DNA of 52,315 nt from Candidatus Bathyarchaeia archaeon (GTDB lineage Archaea > Thermoproteota > Bathyarchaeia > Bathyarchaeales > DTEX01): positions 1 to 52,315 of the forward strand of contig JAWBZG010000003.1 of assembly GCA_038866525.1 (NCBI GenBank), in the 5' to 3' direction. The notes under the pieces were generated by a model. The model was not told the DNA's origin and searched no databases. It saw only the letters and a program-made list of their open reading frames with translations. The number at the start of each line of letters is the position of its first letter. Positions within the stretch are counted from its first letter, which is position 1. Made by a program: the position numbers and the translations under genes. Shown one piece after another: positions 36,058-45,440 of this stretch.

Positions 36058-37800
36058 CTATAAGATTTCCTCTTTAAATCTTAGAAGTACTTCTTCCCTT
36101 TTCCTCTCCGCCCTTTCTTTTCTGCCTTTATATTCTTCAAGAAGATTTCGACGTTCTTCAGCTGATATTTCCCCGCGCCTATATTTAGCTTCAACATCAA
36201 GTATGCTCTTTTTCAAATCCTCGATCTCCGCGTCAGCAGCCTCTAATCTTCTAATCATGTCCGCATAACGCCCTCCAGCAGCTTCTATTTTGGCTTTTAA
36301 GTCAAGAAAACTCTTTTGAAGAGATGAAAGCTGTTCTTCAAAGATTTTCTTAGCGAGCCTATACTGTTTCCTAGATATTTTACCTTTTGCGGACTGCTCT
36401 TCTAGAGACTCTATCTCTGATGCAATGCGAATCTTCTCCTCATAGATCTCTACAAGTCTTTCCAAAGTCTCAGCAGAGATAAGTATTGGCAAGGAAGTCT
36501 CAGCTTTACCAGTTAACTTAGTGAGAAGAAGGAACCCTAAGATTGAACCAATTATAATTGCCGCAAATAAGGTTGGTCTTAACGCTGCCCAAAAAACTAC
36601 ATATTGATACTTAAAGCTTAGACTTAAATTCTCAAATTTTGTGACATTATATCGCTCAAAAACAATCTTTTCTTGGAAAGGGTTTATTGTCTCAATATTC
36701 AACCCAGTGGCATTATTTCTTAGTATTAGACTTGCGCCTTCAGGTAACGTAATGCTGATGATAACCCTATATATGATCCATGCGTCTGGCTTCGTAATAT
36801 TAATGTTTAATATGAAAGTTTGCCATCCCTCCATGATCAAATATTTTTGAGGAGGCAACATATAGGATACTGCTACTTTAGCTCTCTCACTATTCTCCAA
36901 TTTTTCACTCAAATATATTTTAACAGACGTGCCATGATTCGCATTTTCAATGTCTAGTCGACCCTTAGGATACTTACCATATGCATCATAAGCAGATATA
37001 TCGGTGGCTTCGGGTGGCAGGACTACATCTATGGAGTAAATGTTAACTGTTTCCATCTCGTAAAAGTCTGTTGCGAAAATGTTTCCCCAACAATCTATTG
37101 ATAGTTCCCTTCTCAACTCTAAAAACTTTAGTATCTTAAAAGTCGTGTCTGAGAATTCCACCCAAGAGGAAGATTTTGCGTAAGGTGGTAGGGGGCTAGT
37201 TACGTTATATAAAACCCTGAAGTCGCTGGTCTTATTTGTGAAAACGTCGGTTGGATAATTGTTCTCTGAAAGTTTAGCTAAAGATGGCAGAATTAATGTA
37301 ACATTGCAGAAAGAAGCCTCATGTGTAAGACTAGGATATAATGGGAAAATAGCGTAAAACAGGTTCGCGGATTTTCTCCAAATTAAGTCGGAAAAAACTA
37401 ATGTTATAGTAAAGTTATAGGTTTCGTTACTGCTTAAGATAACCGGCTCTAAGAACGATATGTTTAGCCATCTGAAATCCTCATCTTCAAAAACCGCTAC
37501 AGATAGATCACTTCGTCCATCGTAAGCCCTATAATAAATCAATTTTTCACTATAATTTTTCGGTACACCAACCATGTAATTAGTTAACGTGAATTCGTTT
37601 TCCCCCGGATTCAGAAATATGAGCGTGTCATTAATTGTTATGTATCCGCCGCTCACTAGCGCTATTTTTCTCTCCACGTTCACAGATAGATTTATTGATG
37701 ATGATCTCTCAGTGTTCTCCGCGCTCACAAAGTTAACTGCAAGATTTGCAGAGATAAGAGAAAAAAGTAGAAAAATTAGTGGTAACGGGTCTTTCTTCAA
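36058..37800 (-). CDS. Ribophorin I (Ost1/RPN1)-like type I membrane protein
   Basis: Signal peptide, VERKI, RELSIDCWGNI, LPPEATDISAYDAYG, TLPEGA, one TM helix, helical cytosolic tail; many N-X-S/T sequons. Confidence 0.72.
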   Translation of the reverse strand: MKKDPLPLIFLLFSLISANLAVNFVSAENTERSSSINLSVNVERKIALVSGGYITINDTLIFLNPGENEFTLTNYMVGVPKNYSEKLIYYRAYDGRSDLSVAVFEDEDFRWLNISFLEPVILSSNETYNFTITLVFSDLIWRKSANLFYAIFPLYPSLTHEASFCNVTLILPSLAKLSENNYPTDVFTNKTSDFRVLYNVTSPLPPYAKSSSWVEFSDTTFKILKFLELRRELSIDCWGNIFATDFYEMETVNIYSIDVVLPPEATDISAYDAYGKYPKGRLDIENANHGTSVKIYLSEKLENSERAKVAVSYMLPPQKYLIMEGWQTFILNINITKPDAWIIYRVIISITLPEGASLILRNNATGLNIETINPFQEKIVFERYNVTKFENLSLSFKYQYVVFWAALRPTLFAAIIIGSILGFLLLTKLTGKAETSLPILISAETLERLVEIYEEKIRIASEIESLEEQSAKGKISRKQYRLAKKIFEEQLSSLQKSFLDLKAKIEAAGGRYADMIRRLEAADAEIEDLKKSILDVEAKYRRGEISAEERRNLLEEYKGRKERAERKREEVLLRFKEEIL

Positions 37801-37924
37801 TCCTTTAAACCCACCTTCTGATTCTCATCTGCACTGACGTCTTGAATCAAAATAATAAGATGGTTAATTTAAAAGTTTACGTATGTGAAGGATTTGCGCT
37901 AACGATCTTGTTAAAGGCGTGCTT

Positions 37925-38272
37925 TCATTTGTAGCCAGCTTGCCTAAGGTAGTATGCCTCCTCCTTCTTTGGACCGAAGCTTCTAACCCCCTTTTCTTTC
38001 AGCTGTTTTCTAAGAGTCGACGCATATTCATGTGTTATTTCCTTTCTCTTCTCTAAATACGCTATTATTTCTTCAGCTTGCTCCTCATTATCACATCTTC
38101 TTAAGAAATCGATCACATCGGGGATATAGCCATCGAACTTCTTTGAGACCGCCTTCTCCCCCTCCTGTGGATCAAGCCTTATAGATGAAATCGTTATTTT
38201 AACCCCTTCCCCCTCCATTTCCCTGGCGAGATTGGGGAACATTTTTCTGAACTGCTCTTTATCAACATTCAT
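37925..38272 (-). CDS. DUF2095-like conserved archaeal protein
   Basis: F...FPNLA.E, P.VIDFLRRC...EQA.EII.YLE..EI, GVRSFG.KK..YY. Confidence 0.8.
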   Translation of the reverse strand: MNVDKEQFRKMFPNLAREMEGEGVKITISSIRLDPQEGEKAVSKKFDGYIPDVIDFLRRCDNEEQAEEIIAYLEKRKEITHEYASTLRKQLKEKGVRSFGPKKEEAYYLRQAGYK

Positions 38273-38337
38273 TTTTTCTCAGTCTCTCCAACCTATTTTA
38301 TGGCAATCATCTTTAAAAAGGTTTCATTTGAGAGAAC

Positions 38338-38964
38338 TTAAACTCTAGCTCTTCTCGGAACAAATTTTTTCAATGGATCCTTTTCTAAAACCTTCTTAAG
38401 CTGGGAAAATGTTAAACCCCTCTTTAAATCGCCGTAAATATCACAGTACTCATTAATATACATGTCTTCCGGTCTTCTAACAATTAATTCAGCCTTATCT
38501 CCCGACTGTAATTCTAAGAAGATGTGTGTAGCTTCGCCGCATCCGTCTTTTCCAGTAGAAGTTGTCTCAATACCTGTTATCTTGAACCCCATATTAGTTA
38601 GAGCTTCTATAACTGAATTCTTATCAGACGTGAAAAGAACTATATCTATGTCGCTATTCTTGTTTGCGGTTCCCCTCCAAACGCTGCCTATAAGCCTTGG
38701 ATAAAAGGCTTTAAGACACTCCATTATTTTAAGGGCTTCTTCCCTCATCCGTATTAGGCGGTTTTTCCTTTCCTCCCCCTCATACTCGTCAGCTATTCGA
38801 TCCAGCTCTTCAGCAACCTCTAAATTTGTCGGCAGAACTCTTAAACCAAGCGCACTAGCAGCCTTCTCCTTAGCTTGTTTAAACTCTTTTTCCTGCATAG
38901 TGTATAGTAGGAAGGCCGCCTCCTGCGCAACTTTTCTTCTCAATAGTAGATCGTCTTTTCTCAT
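38338..38964 (-). CDS. Nucleotidyltransferase-domain protein (Pol-beta superfamily)
   Basis: LIGSVWRG....SDIDI; N-terminal EAA..L...E..QAK.KAA..LPTN.EV region. Confidence 0.8.
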   Translation of the reverse strand: MRKDDLLLRRKVAQEAAFLLYTMQEKEFKQAKEKAASALGLRVLPTNLEVAEELDRIADEYEGEERKNRLIRMREEALKIMECLKAFYPRLIGSVWRGTANKNSDIDIVLFTSDKNSVIEALTNMGFKITGIETTSTGKDGCGEATHIFLELQSGDKAELIVRRPEDMYINEYCDIYGDLKRGLTFSQLKKVLEKDPLKKFVPRRARV

Positions 38965-39012
38965 AATTAACTTTTAATGGAGCGTGTCGAAAGACCAGCA
39001 AATCGCATAATC

Positions 39013-39717
39013 TCATTCTTCATCTGATGATTCTTCTTCATCCTCAACGTTTCCAGCACTTTCATCCTCATTTAACTCCACGTTCGCTTCAACCTTGGCT
39101 TCAGGCGCCTCTTTAACCATTGGTATCTGGATCTCTGGTCTTGAAAGCAGTTTCGTTTTCCTTATACCTACATGGCGTAAAGGCGCTATTTTTTTCGCAC
39201 TATTATATATGTCGGAAGCTATTTTCCCAAGGACAGCCTCTTGCACGAATTGATCGAAAGATAATGTCTGTGCCTTCTCTTCTATAATCTTCTTCATTAT
39301 TGCGCGTATCTCTCGCTCTTGGGATGTCTTTATTCTAGTTGTTGTGAAAGCGCATGCCGCAACTCTCAATTTATAGCCATCTTTAGTCACCACGTCAAAT
39401 ATTCCGTCAATTTTGGTTGTTTTTCTTCTAATTAGGCTTCTCAGATAGTCCCTCGAATATTCATGCCCCTTAAATATTGTTAGAGCTCTCTTACCATCAA
39501 GACCAATTATTTGGAAATAGGTCTTCAGATATTGATGGGCAAAGTCCTCGGTTATATCATATAAAGTTGCTTCAACAACCCTTCCCAGAATCTTCTCCGG
39601 CTCATCCGCCGGTATAGCGCCTATTTCAACGCTCCCGAAATATGGTGGAGCCACCACAGTATACCATTTTTTACTACGCCACTTATCTTTGATACGAGCG
39701 CTCTTCGACACCTTCAC
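39013..39717 (-). CDS. rps3ae: 30S ribosomal protein S3Ae (eS1)
   Basis: DKW..K.WY.V.AP..F, GR..E.TL.D, DYLRSL.RR, TKDGY, PLR.V.IRK; acidic tail. Confidence 0.95.
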   Translation of the reverse strand: MKVSKSARIKDKWRSKKWYTVVAPPYFGSVEIGAIPADEPEKILGRVVEATLYDITEDFAHQYLKTYFQIIGLDGKRALTIFKGHEYSRDYLRSLIRRKTTKIDGIFDVVTKDGYKLRVAACAFTTTRIKTSQEREIRAIMKKIIEEKAQTLSFDQFVQEAVLGKIASDIYNSAKKIAPLRHVGIRKTKLLSRPEIQIPMVKEAPEAKVEANVELNEDESAGNVEDEEESSDEE

Positions 39718-39969
39718 GCCACCGCCGTATCCAGAAAAATAATAATAGGCTCATATTAAAGGTTTCTGAAGAAGATTGGGGCTTGAATCTCTTTGAGAGT
39801 AGAATTCGTATCCGTCACTTAAACCTTGATTCCAGCCAATTAATAAATGAAATAAAAGATCGATGGCGCTATAAATTAGATATGAGGGCTAATATTGGAT
39901 GGATTAAGTTCCGCGAAAAATATATAAATGGAGCCTAAGTCTCTATCTTTTCCTGAAAAGGGTTCCGCA

Positions 39970-41253
39970 ATGATAGATATAAAGCTGATAAGAGAGAAGC
40001 CGGAATTTGTCAGAGAGAACATTAAGCGCAGAAATGATTCAGAGAAACTGAAGATACTGGACGAACTAATAGAGGTTGATAAAAAATGGAGGCTGCTGCA
40101 GACAGAGCTAAATAATTTGAGGAAGAGGAGAAACGAGCTCAGCGTTGCAATTGCCCAGAGAAAAAAGATGAACGAGAATGTTGAACACCTCCTACTTGAG
40201 GCTGAAAAAGTTCAGGCTGATATAAAAGCTCTAGAGAACCATGTTGAAGAATATAGAATGAGAGTAAAGAGCTTACTTATGCGGGTTCCTAACCTGCTTC
40301 ATGAATCGGTTCCCTACGGTCTGGACGAAAACGATAATGTTGAGATAAGACGGTGGGGGTCGCCGCCAAAATTTGATTTCCCACCTAAAAGCCACATAGA
40401 GATAGCGAAAAATCTGGGTCTAGTTGATGAAGAGAGGGCTAATAAAGTCGCCGGTTCAGGCTTCTTTTACTTTAAAGAGGAGCTTGTTTTACTTGATCTC
40501 GCAATACAGAGGTTTGCTATCGACTTTCTCAGAAAACGTGGGTTCATATTAATTGAACCACCATTCATGCTCCGTAGAAAACCTTATGAGGGCTGCGTTG
40601 ATCTGGAGGACTTTGAAAAGGTTATGTATAAGATTGAAGGCGAAGACCTATATTTAATCGCTACGAGCGAGCATCCGATAGCGGCAATGTTTATGGATGA
40701 GGTCCTAGATAAGAGCCAACTACCATTAAAGTTTGTTGGCATAAGCACCAACTTTAGAAAGGAGGTGGGGACGCACGGCAAATATACTAAAGGCTTCTTT
40801 AGGATGCATCAATTTAATAAGATTGAGCAATTTGTATTTTGTCTTCCAGAGCAATCTTGGGAGATCCATGAAGAACTTCAACGAAATTGTGAAGAAATGT
40901 ACCAGATGCTTGGCTTACATTACCGTGTAGTAAATGTCTGCACTGGCGATATAGGGACGGTTGCCGCCAAAAAATATGATACGGAAGTTTGGATGGTTGA
41001 TGGGAAGTTTAGGGAGATAGGCTCAAACTCAAACTGCACAGATTACCAAGCAAGGAGATTAAATATAAGGTATAGAGAGGGTCCCGGGAGACCTCCAAAA
41101 GGATACGTGCATACGCTCAATAGCACCGCTTTGGCGACAAGCCGAACAATGATGGCGATCTTAGAACATTATCAGCAAAGAGACGGGTCTGTCATAATTC
41201 CGGAAGTTCTAAGACCATATATGAGCGGTATAGAAAGACTGGAGGCAAAATAG
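39970..41253 (+). CDS. serS: Seryl-tRNA synthetase
   Basis: MIDIKLIR, PNLLH..VP.G, LIATSEHP, FR.E.G, RMHQFNK.E, SNCTDYQARRL, HTLNST. Confidence 0.96.
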   Translation: MIDIKLIREKPEFVRENIKRRNDSEKLKILDELIEVDKKWRLLQTELNNLRKRRNELSVAIAQRKKMNENVEHLLLEAEKVQADIKALENHVEEYRMRVKSLLMRVPNLLHESVPYGLDENDNVEIRRWGSPPKFDFPPKSHIEIAKNLGLVDEERANKVAGSGFFYFKEELVLLDLAIQRFAIDFLRKRGFILIEPPFMLRRKPYEGCVDLEDFEKVMYKIEGEDLYLIATSEHPIAAMFMDEVLDKSQLPLKFVGISTNFRKEVGTHGKYTKGFFRMHQFNKIEQFVFCLPEQSWEIHEELQRNCEEMYQMLGLHYRVVNVCTGDIGTVAAKKYDTEVWMVDGKFREIGSNSNCTDYQARRLNIRYREGPGRPPKGYVHTLNSTALATSRTMMAILEHYQQRDGSVIIPEVLRPYMSGIERLEAK

Positions 41254-41269
41254 TGGAGGGGATGAAAAC

Positions 41270-42244
41270 ATGGTTAGCTTAGACATTGTTGGAGTAGGTG
41301 AGGTTTTAATCGATTTCATTGCGACCGAACCAGTATCATATATTGAGGCTTCCACGTTCAGAAAGTTTTTTGGCGGAGCGCCCATGAATACCTTAATAGG
41401 GGCGGCAAGACTTGGTTTAACAGTAGGAGCCATAACTGTTGTCGGAGACGACCCATTTGGGCATTTTCTCTTAAAGGAGCTTGAAAGAAATGGCGTCGAT
41501 ATATCCCACGTCAAGGTTAAAAGGAATGTTAGAACAACACTTGCCTTTGTCATTAATGATCCGGAAACTGGTGAGCGCACATTCATATTTTATCGAAGCC
41601 CTTGGGTTAAAGGAACATCGATTGATTCTCTATCGCCGGAAGACATCGACTATAACTATGTTTCTTCTGCGAAGATTCTCCATGCTTCGGGTTTCGCTCT
41701 TTCAGCTAATCCGGCGAGAAAAGCCATTTTAGATGCCGTCATATATGCTAAGAAGATGGGGGTTAAAATCTCGTTTGATCCAACTCTAAGACTTGATGTA
41801 TGGAAATCTGAGAAAGCGATAAGGGCGGTTTATAGTAGGATGCTTAAGCTCTCTGATATAGCGATGTTTTCACGTGAAGAGGCGGAGTTTACATTTGGGA
41901 CGAGCGAACCAGAAAGAGCTGCGGATAAAGCCTTAAAGTATGGTGTTGAGATCGTTGGCATAAAGCTTGGCGAAAAGGGAGCTTTTGTGAAAACCAAAGA
42001 TGGAAGAAAAGTTTATGCTCCAGCTTTTAAGGTTAAACCCGTAGATACTACGGGCGCTGGCGATGGATGGAACGCTGGTTTGCTTCTTGGCGTGATCAAG
42101 GAATGGGATCTGGAAAAATGTGTTAAGGTAGCTAATGCTGTTGGAGCCTTTGTAGTCACAAAGCACGGTGCAATAACCGCTTTACCCTACAGAGAAGAAT
42201 TAAATAACTTTCTCAGAGAGCAAGAAGCCGGTATTGAAATTTAA
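41270..42244 (+). CDS. PfkB/ribokinase-family carbohydrate kinase
   Basis: GEVLID, GGAP.N, VGDDPFG, FDPT.R, VDTTGAGDGW.AG. Confidence 0.92.
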   Translation: MVSLDIVGVGEVLIDFIATEPVSYIEASTFRKFFGGAPMNTLIGAARLGLTVGAITVVGDDPFGHFLLKELERNGVDISHVKVKRNVRTTLAFVINDPETGERTFIFYRSPWVKGTSIDSLSPEDIDYNYVSSAKILHASGFALSANPARKAILDAVIYAKKMGVKISFDPTLRLDVWKSEKAIRAVYSRMLKLSDIAMFSREEAEFTFGTSEPERAADKALKYGVEIVGIKLGEKGAFVKTKDGRKVYAPAFKVKPVDTTGAGDGWNAGLLLGVIKEWDLEKCVKVANAVGAFVVTKHGAITALPYREELNNFLREQEAGIEI

Positions 42245-42301
42245 GGGAGAATTAGCGATAAAAAGAGAATTAAGGGTAGGCTTTTTAATTTCTTTCGCCT
42301 T

Positions 42302-43330
42302 CTACTCAAAGAAGACCTTAGCCTCATTATATAACTCTAAATCTACCTGCTTAGTTCTCCCAGTCACCTCTGAAAGTGGAACGGTAGTTATCTTGCCGGC
42401 TTTAAGCGTAACCATTAAGCCAAATTTTCCTTCCTTAACTAAATCTACCGCTGCTAGACCATACCTTGTGGATATTATGCGGTCAAGCGCGGTCGGCGAC
42501 CCTCCCCTAATCGTGTGTGCCGGGACAACATGTCTTGTTTCAATGCCCAGCACCTTCTCTATTTCTTTCGCCAGAAATTCTCCTATCCCACCAAGGTAAA
42601 CGTGCCCGAACTGATCGACTTTAACATCTTTAGTTATTGGTCCCTTATAATCTTTAATTAGAGCGCCTTCAGCAACAACTATCACTAGAGATTTTTGACC
42701 GCTCTCCATCTTCCTTTTTACAAAGTTAACTACGTCAGATATGCTGAAGGGTTCTTCCGGTATTAATATGAGGTCTGCTCCGGCAGCTAACCCTGAATAC
42801 AGCGCAATCCATCCAGCATGCCTGCCCATAATTTCGACAACAAATACTCTTTCATGAGCATCAGCGGTGGCTTTTATATTCTCTATCTGGTGCATTGCTT
42901 CGTTAACAGCGGTGTCAAAACCTATTGTATGCTCGGTTTCGGGTACATCGTAGTCGATGGTTTTAGGAATACCAACAACATTTAACCCTGCGTCGCTGAT
43001 TGCTTTAGCAACACTCAACGTATCGTCTCCACCGATCGCTATTAATGCATATAAACCAAGTTTCTTGAAGTTTTCAGTTATCCTTTTTATTCCATCAGGA
43101 TACTTCAGCGGGTTTGTTCTCGAAGTCTTAATTAGTGTGCCGCCAAACCCGATAATATCCTTAACATTTTCATATTTCAGCGGTATCGCATCGCCCTCAA
43201 GCATACCTGCCCAGCCGCGCCTAATACCTAAGACTTCGAATCCATATTTCTCGCATTTCTTCACTATTGCTCTAATAGCGGCGTTAAGTCCCGGCGCGTC
43301 TCCACCGCCTGTTAGAACACCAATCCTCAT
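42302..43330 (-). CDS. pfk: 6-phosphofructokinase, PfkA family (PPi-type signature)
   Basis: TGGGDAPG.N, GGDD, PKTID, EIMGRHAGW, VAEG, RGG.P..DR. Confidence 0.92.
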   Translation of the reverse strand: MRIGVLTGGGDAPGLNAAIRAIVKKCEKYGFEVLGIRRGWAGMLEGDAIPLKYENVKDIIGFGGTLIKTSRTNPLKYPDGIKRITENFKKLGLYALIAIGGDDTLSVAKAISDAGLNVVGIPKTIDYDVPETEHTIGFDTAVNEAMHQIENIKATADAHERVFVVEIMGRHAGWIALYSGLAAGADLILIPEEPFSISDVVNFVKRKMESGQKSLVIVVAEGALIKDYKGPITKDVKVDQFGHVYLGGIGEFLAKEIEKVLGIETRHVVPAHTIRGGSPTALDRIISTRYGLAAVDLVKEGKFGLMVTLKAGKITTVPLSEVTGRTKQVDLELYNEAKVFFE

Positions 43331-43470
43331 TTAAGCTTACCTCCTTAAACCTGCACCTAAGTATAAGGGAGAAAGCGTTAGAAAAAAATCTTTCGTTTTA
43401 ACGCAAGCAAATATTAATCGTTTTAAGCATGTTTTAGACTTATCTCCTATATTGGGAAGAGGTATAAGCT

Positions 43471-45111
43471 ATGGTCAAGTACATCTTTGTCACGGGCGGA
43501 GTATTGAGCTCCGTAGGTAAAGGAATAGTTACATCATCCGTGGGAAAAATGCTTCAGTTTAGAGGGTTTTCAGTCACAGCGATTAAGATAGATCCATACG
43601 TGAACGTTGATGCCGGAACCATGAATCCATATATGCACGGCGAAATTTTCGTCACCGATGATGGAGGTGAAACGGATCTGGATTTAGGCTGGTATGAAAG
43701 GTTCCTCGACATTAATTTATCAAAGGAAAACAATATTACGACTGGGCAAGTGTATCAAGCGGTCATTGAAAAGGAGAGAAGAGGCGACTTTCTTGGAAAA
43801 TGCGTTCAGATAATACCGCACATAACCGATGAGATAAAAAATAGAATACGTATGGTTGCGAAAAAATCTGGAGCGGACGTTGTTCTCACCGAGTGCGGTG
43901 GAACGGTTGGTGACATAGAAGGGCTACCCTTCCTGGAAGCTATAAGGCAAATGCGTCTCGAGGAAGGCTATGAAAACACGCTTTACATACATGTCGCGTT
44001 GGTCCCCATACTCGACGTAACGTCTGAGATGAAGACTAAGCCCCTCCAGCACAGCGTGAATGAGCTGCGTAGGATAGGTATACAGCCAGATATAATAGTT
44101 TCTAGATGCGCGAAAATGATCACTAACGAAGCTCTTGAGAAGATAGCGTTGTTTGGAACAATACCTAAAGAAGCCGTCTTCTGCTCATACAATGTGTCAA
44201 CCATCTATAAGGTTCCATTAATTCTAGATGAGCAGGGAATGGGCGACTACATATGTAAGCGGCTTGGTCTCGTGCCAAAACAAGTCAATTTTGGCGAGAT
44301 AGAAAGGTGGAGGAACTTTGTTAATGCTTTAGAGAACTGTAAATATAGCGTAAGAATAGCTCTTGTCGGCAAATATACCGGATTAATCGATAGCTATGTT
44401 AGCATGAATGAGGCTTTTAAGCATGCCGGAGCATCCTGCAGCACCAAAGTTATAATAGATTTTATAGAGGCAGAAAAATTTGAGAAAAACCCGGAGGAAA
44501 TCAATATCCTTAAAGAATACGACGGCATATTTGTTCCTTATGGTTTCGGTCCCAGGGGAACAGCTGGTAAGATGATGGCGATCAAATATGCACGTGAGAA
44601 CAATATACCCTTTTTAGGCATATGCTACGGTTTTCAACTGGCTGTTGTCGAATTTGCTAGAAACGTGTGTGGGCTAGAGAACGCGAACAGTACTGAAATA
44701 GACGAGACCACCCCTCATCCAGTGATAGATCTGATGCCCGAACAGTATCAGGCGACATATAAGGGGGCTACTATGCGTTTAGGAGCGCATAAGATAATAA
44801 TTAAGGAGGGGACGCTGGCGCACAAGCTTTATGGCGCCACAGAAGTATATGAGAGGCATAGGCATAGGTATGAAGTTAACCCAAAGTACGTGGAGGTTTT
44901 GGAAAAACATGGTCTCATTTTTTCCGGAAAAAGCCCGGATGGCAGAAGGATGGAGATTCTGGAATTACCGGACAAGTTTTTCTTCCTCGCATCGCAGTTT
45001 CACGGCGAATTTAAGAGTAGACCTGGAAAGCCGAGCCCGGAATACTATGGTTTTGTTAAAGCATGTCTAGAAAGGAAGCTTAAAAAGTTAGAAAGTGAAC
45101 AAAAAGGTTAA
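43471..45111 (+). CDS. pyrG: CTP synthase
   Basis: [48 protein letters not shown]. Confidence 0.97.
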   Translation: MVKYIFVTGGVLSSVGKGIVTSSVGKMLQFRGFSVTAIKIDPYVNVDAGTMNPYMHGEIFVTDDGGETDLDLGWYERFLDINLSKENNITTGQVYQAVIEKERRGDFLGKCVQIIPHITDEIKNRIRMVAKKSGADVVLTECGGTVGDIEGLPFLEAIRQMRLEEGYENTLYIHVALVPILDVTSEMKTKPLQHSVNELRRIGIQPDIIVSRCAKMITNEALEKIALFGTIPKEAVFCSYNVSTIYKVPLILDEQGMGDYICKRLGLVPKQVNFGEIERWRNFVNALENCKYSVRIALVGKYTGLIDSYVSMNEAFKHAGASCSTKVIIDFIEAEKFEKNPEEINILKEYDGIFVPYGFGPRGTAGKMMAIKYARENNIPFLGICYGFQLAVVEFARNVCGLENANSTEIDETTPHPVIDLMPEQYQATYKGATMRLGAHKIIIKEGTLAHKLYGATEVYERHRHRYEVNPKYVEVLEKHGLIFSGKSPDGRRMEILELPDKFFFLASQFHGEFKSRPGKPSPEYYGFVKACLERKLKKLESEQKG

Positions 45112-45156
45112 TTGCCTACCTGTAACTAAAATTTGTGGAAAGGTGGTGGCAAAACT

Positions 45157-45333
45157 TTGAGCAGTAGAAGGGAGAGAAAAAGGCGGAGAGCCGCGCCCGC
45201 ACCAGCTTCTGGCGCTGGATTACTGAGGTTCTTCGAGGAAGAAAGCTTAGGTGTGAAGATAGGGCCTAAAACGCTGATAATATTGACTATAGCTTTCATA
45301 GTGTTATGTGTTCTTATACAATTATCCATTTAG
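45157..45333 (+). CDS. Preprotein translocase subunit Sec61beta
   Basis: Basic N-terminus, SGAGLLRFFEEE, KIGP, one C-terminal TM helix. Confidence 0.9.
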   Translation: MSSRRERKRRRAAPAPASGAGLLRFFEEESLGVKIGPKTLIILTIAFIVLCVLIQLSI

Positions 45334-45440
45334 CTTAGAGCGGCAACATTTCCCTGCTGTATAATAGCGGAACTTGGATTGTAGATAGAAATCTATTTTA
45401 TCACCTAGGGGATAAAGTGAAATGCTGCTGGTGAGCATAG

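Noticed and set aside
37925-38964. Nucleotidyltransferase plus small gene as an MNT-HEPN toxin-antitoxin pair
   Set aside because: The downstream protein looks like DUF2095 and has no HEPN R-x4-6-H motif; the context is housekeeping (rps3ae, serS).
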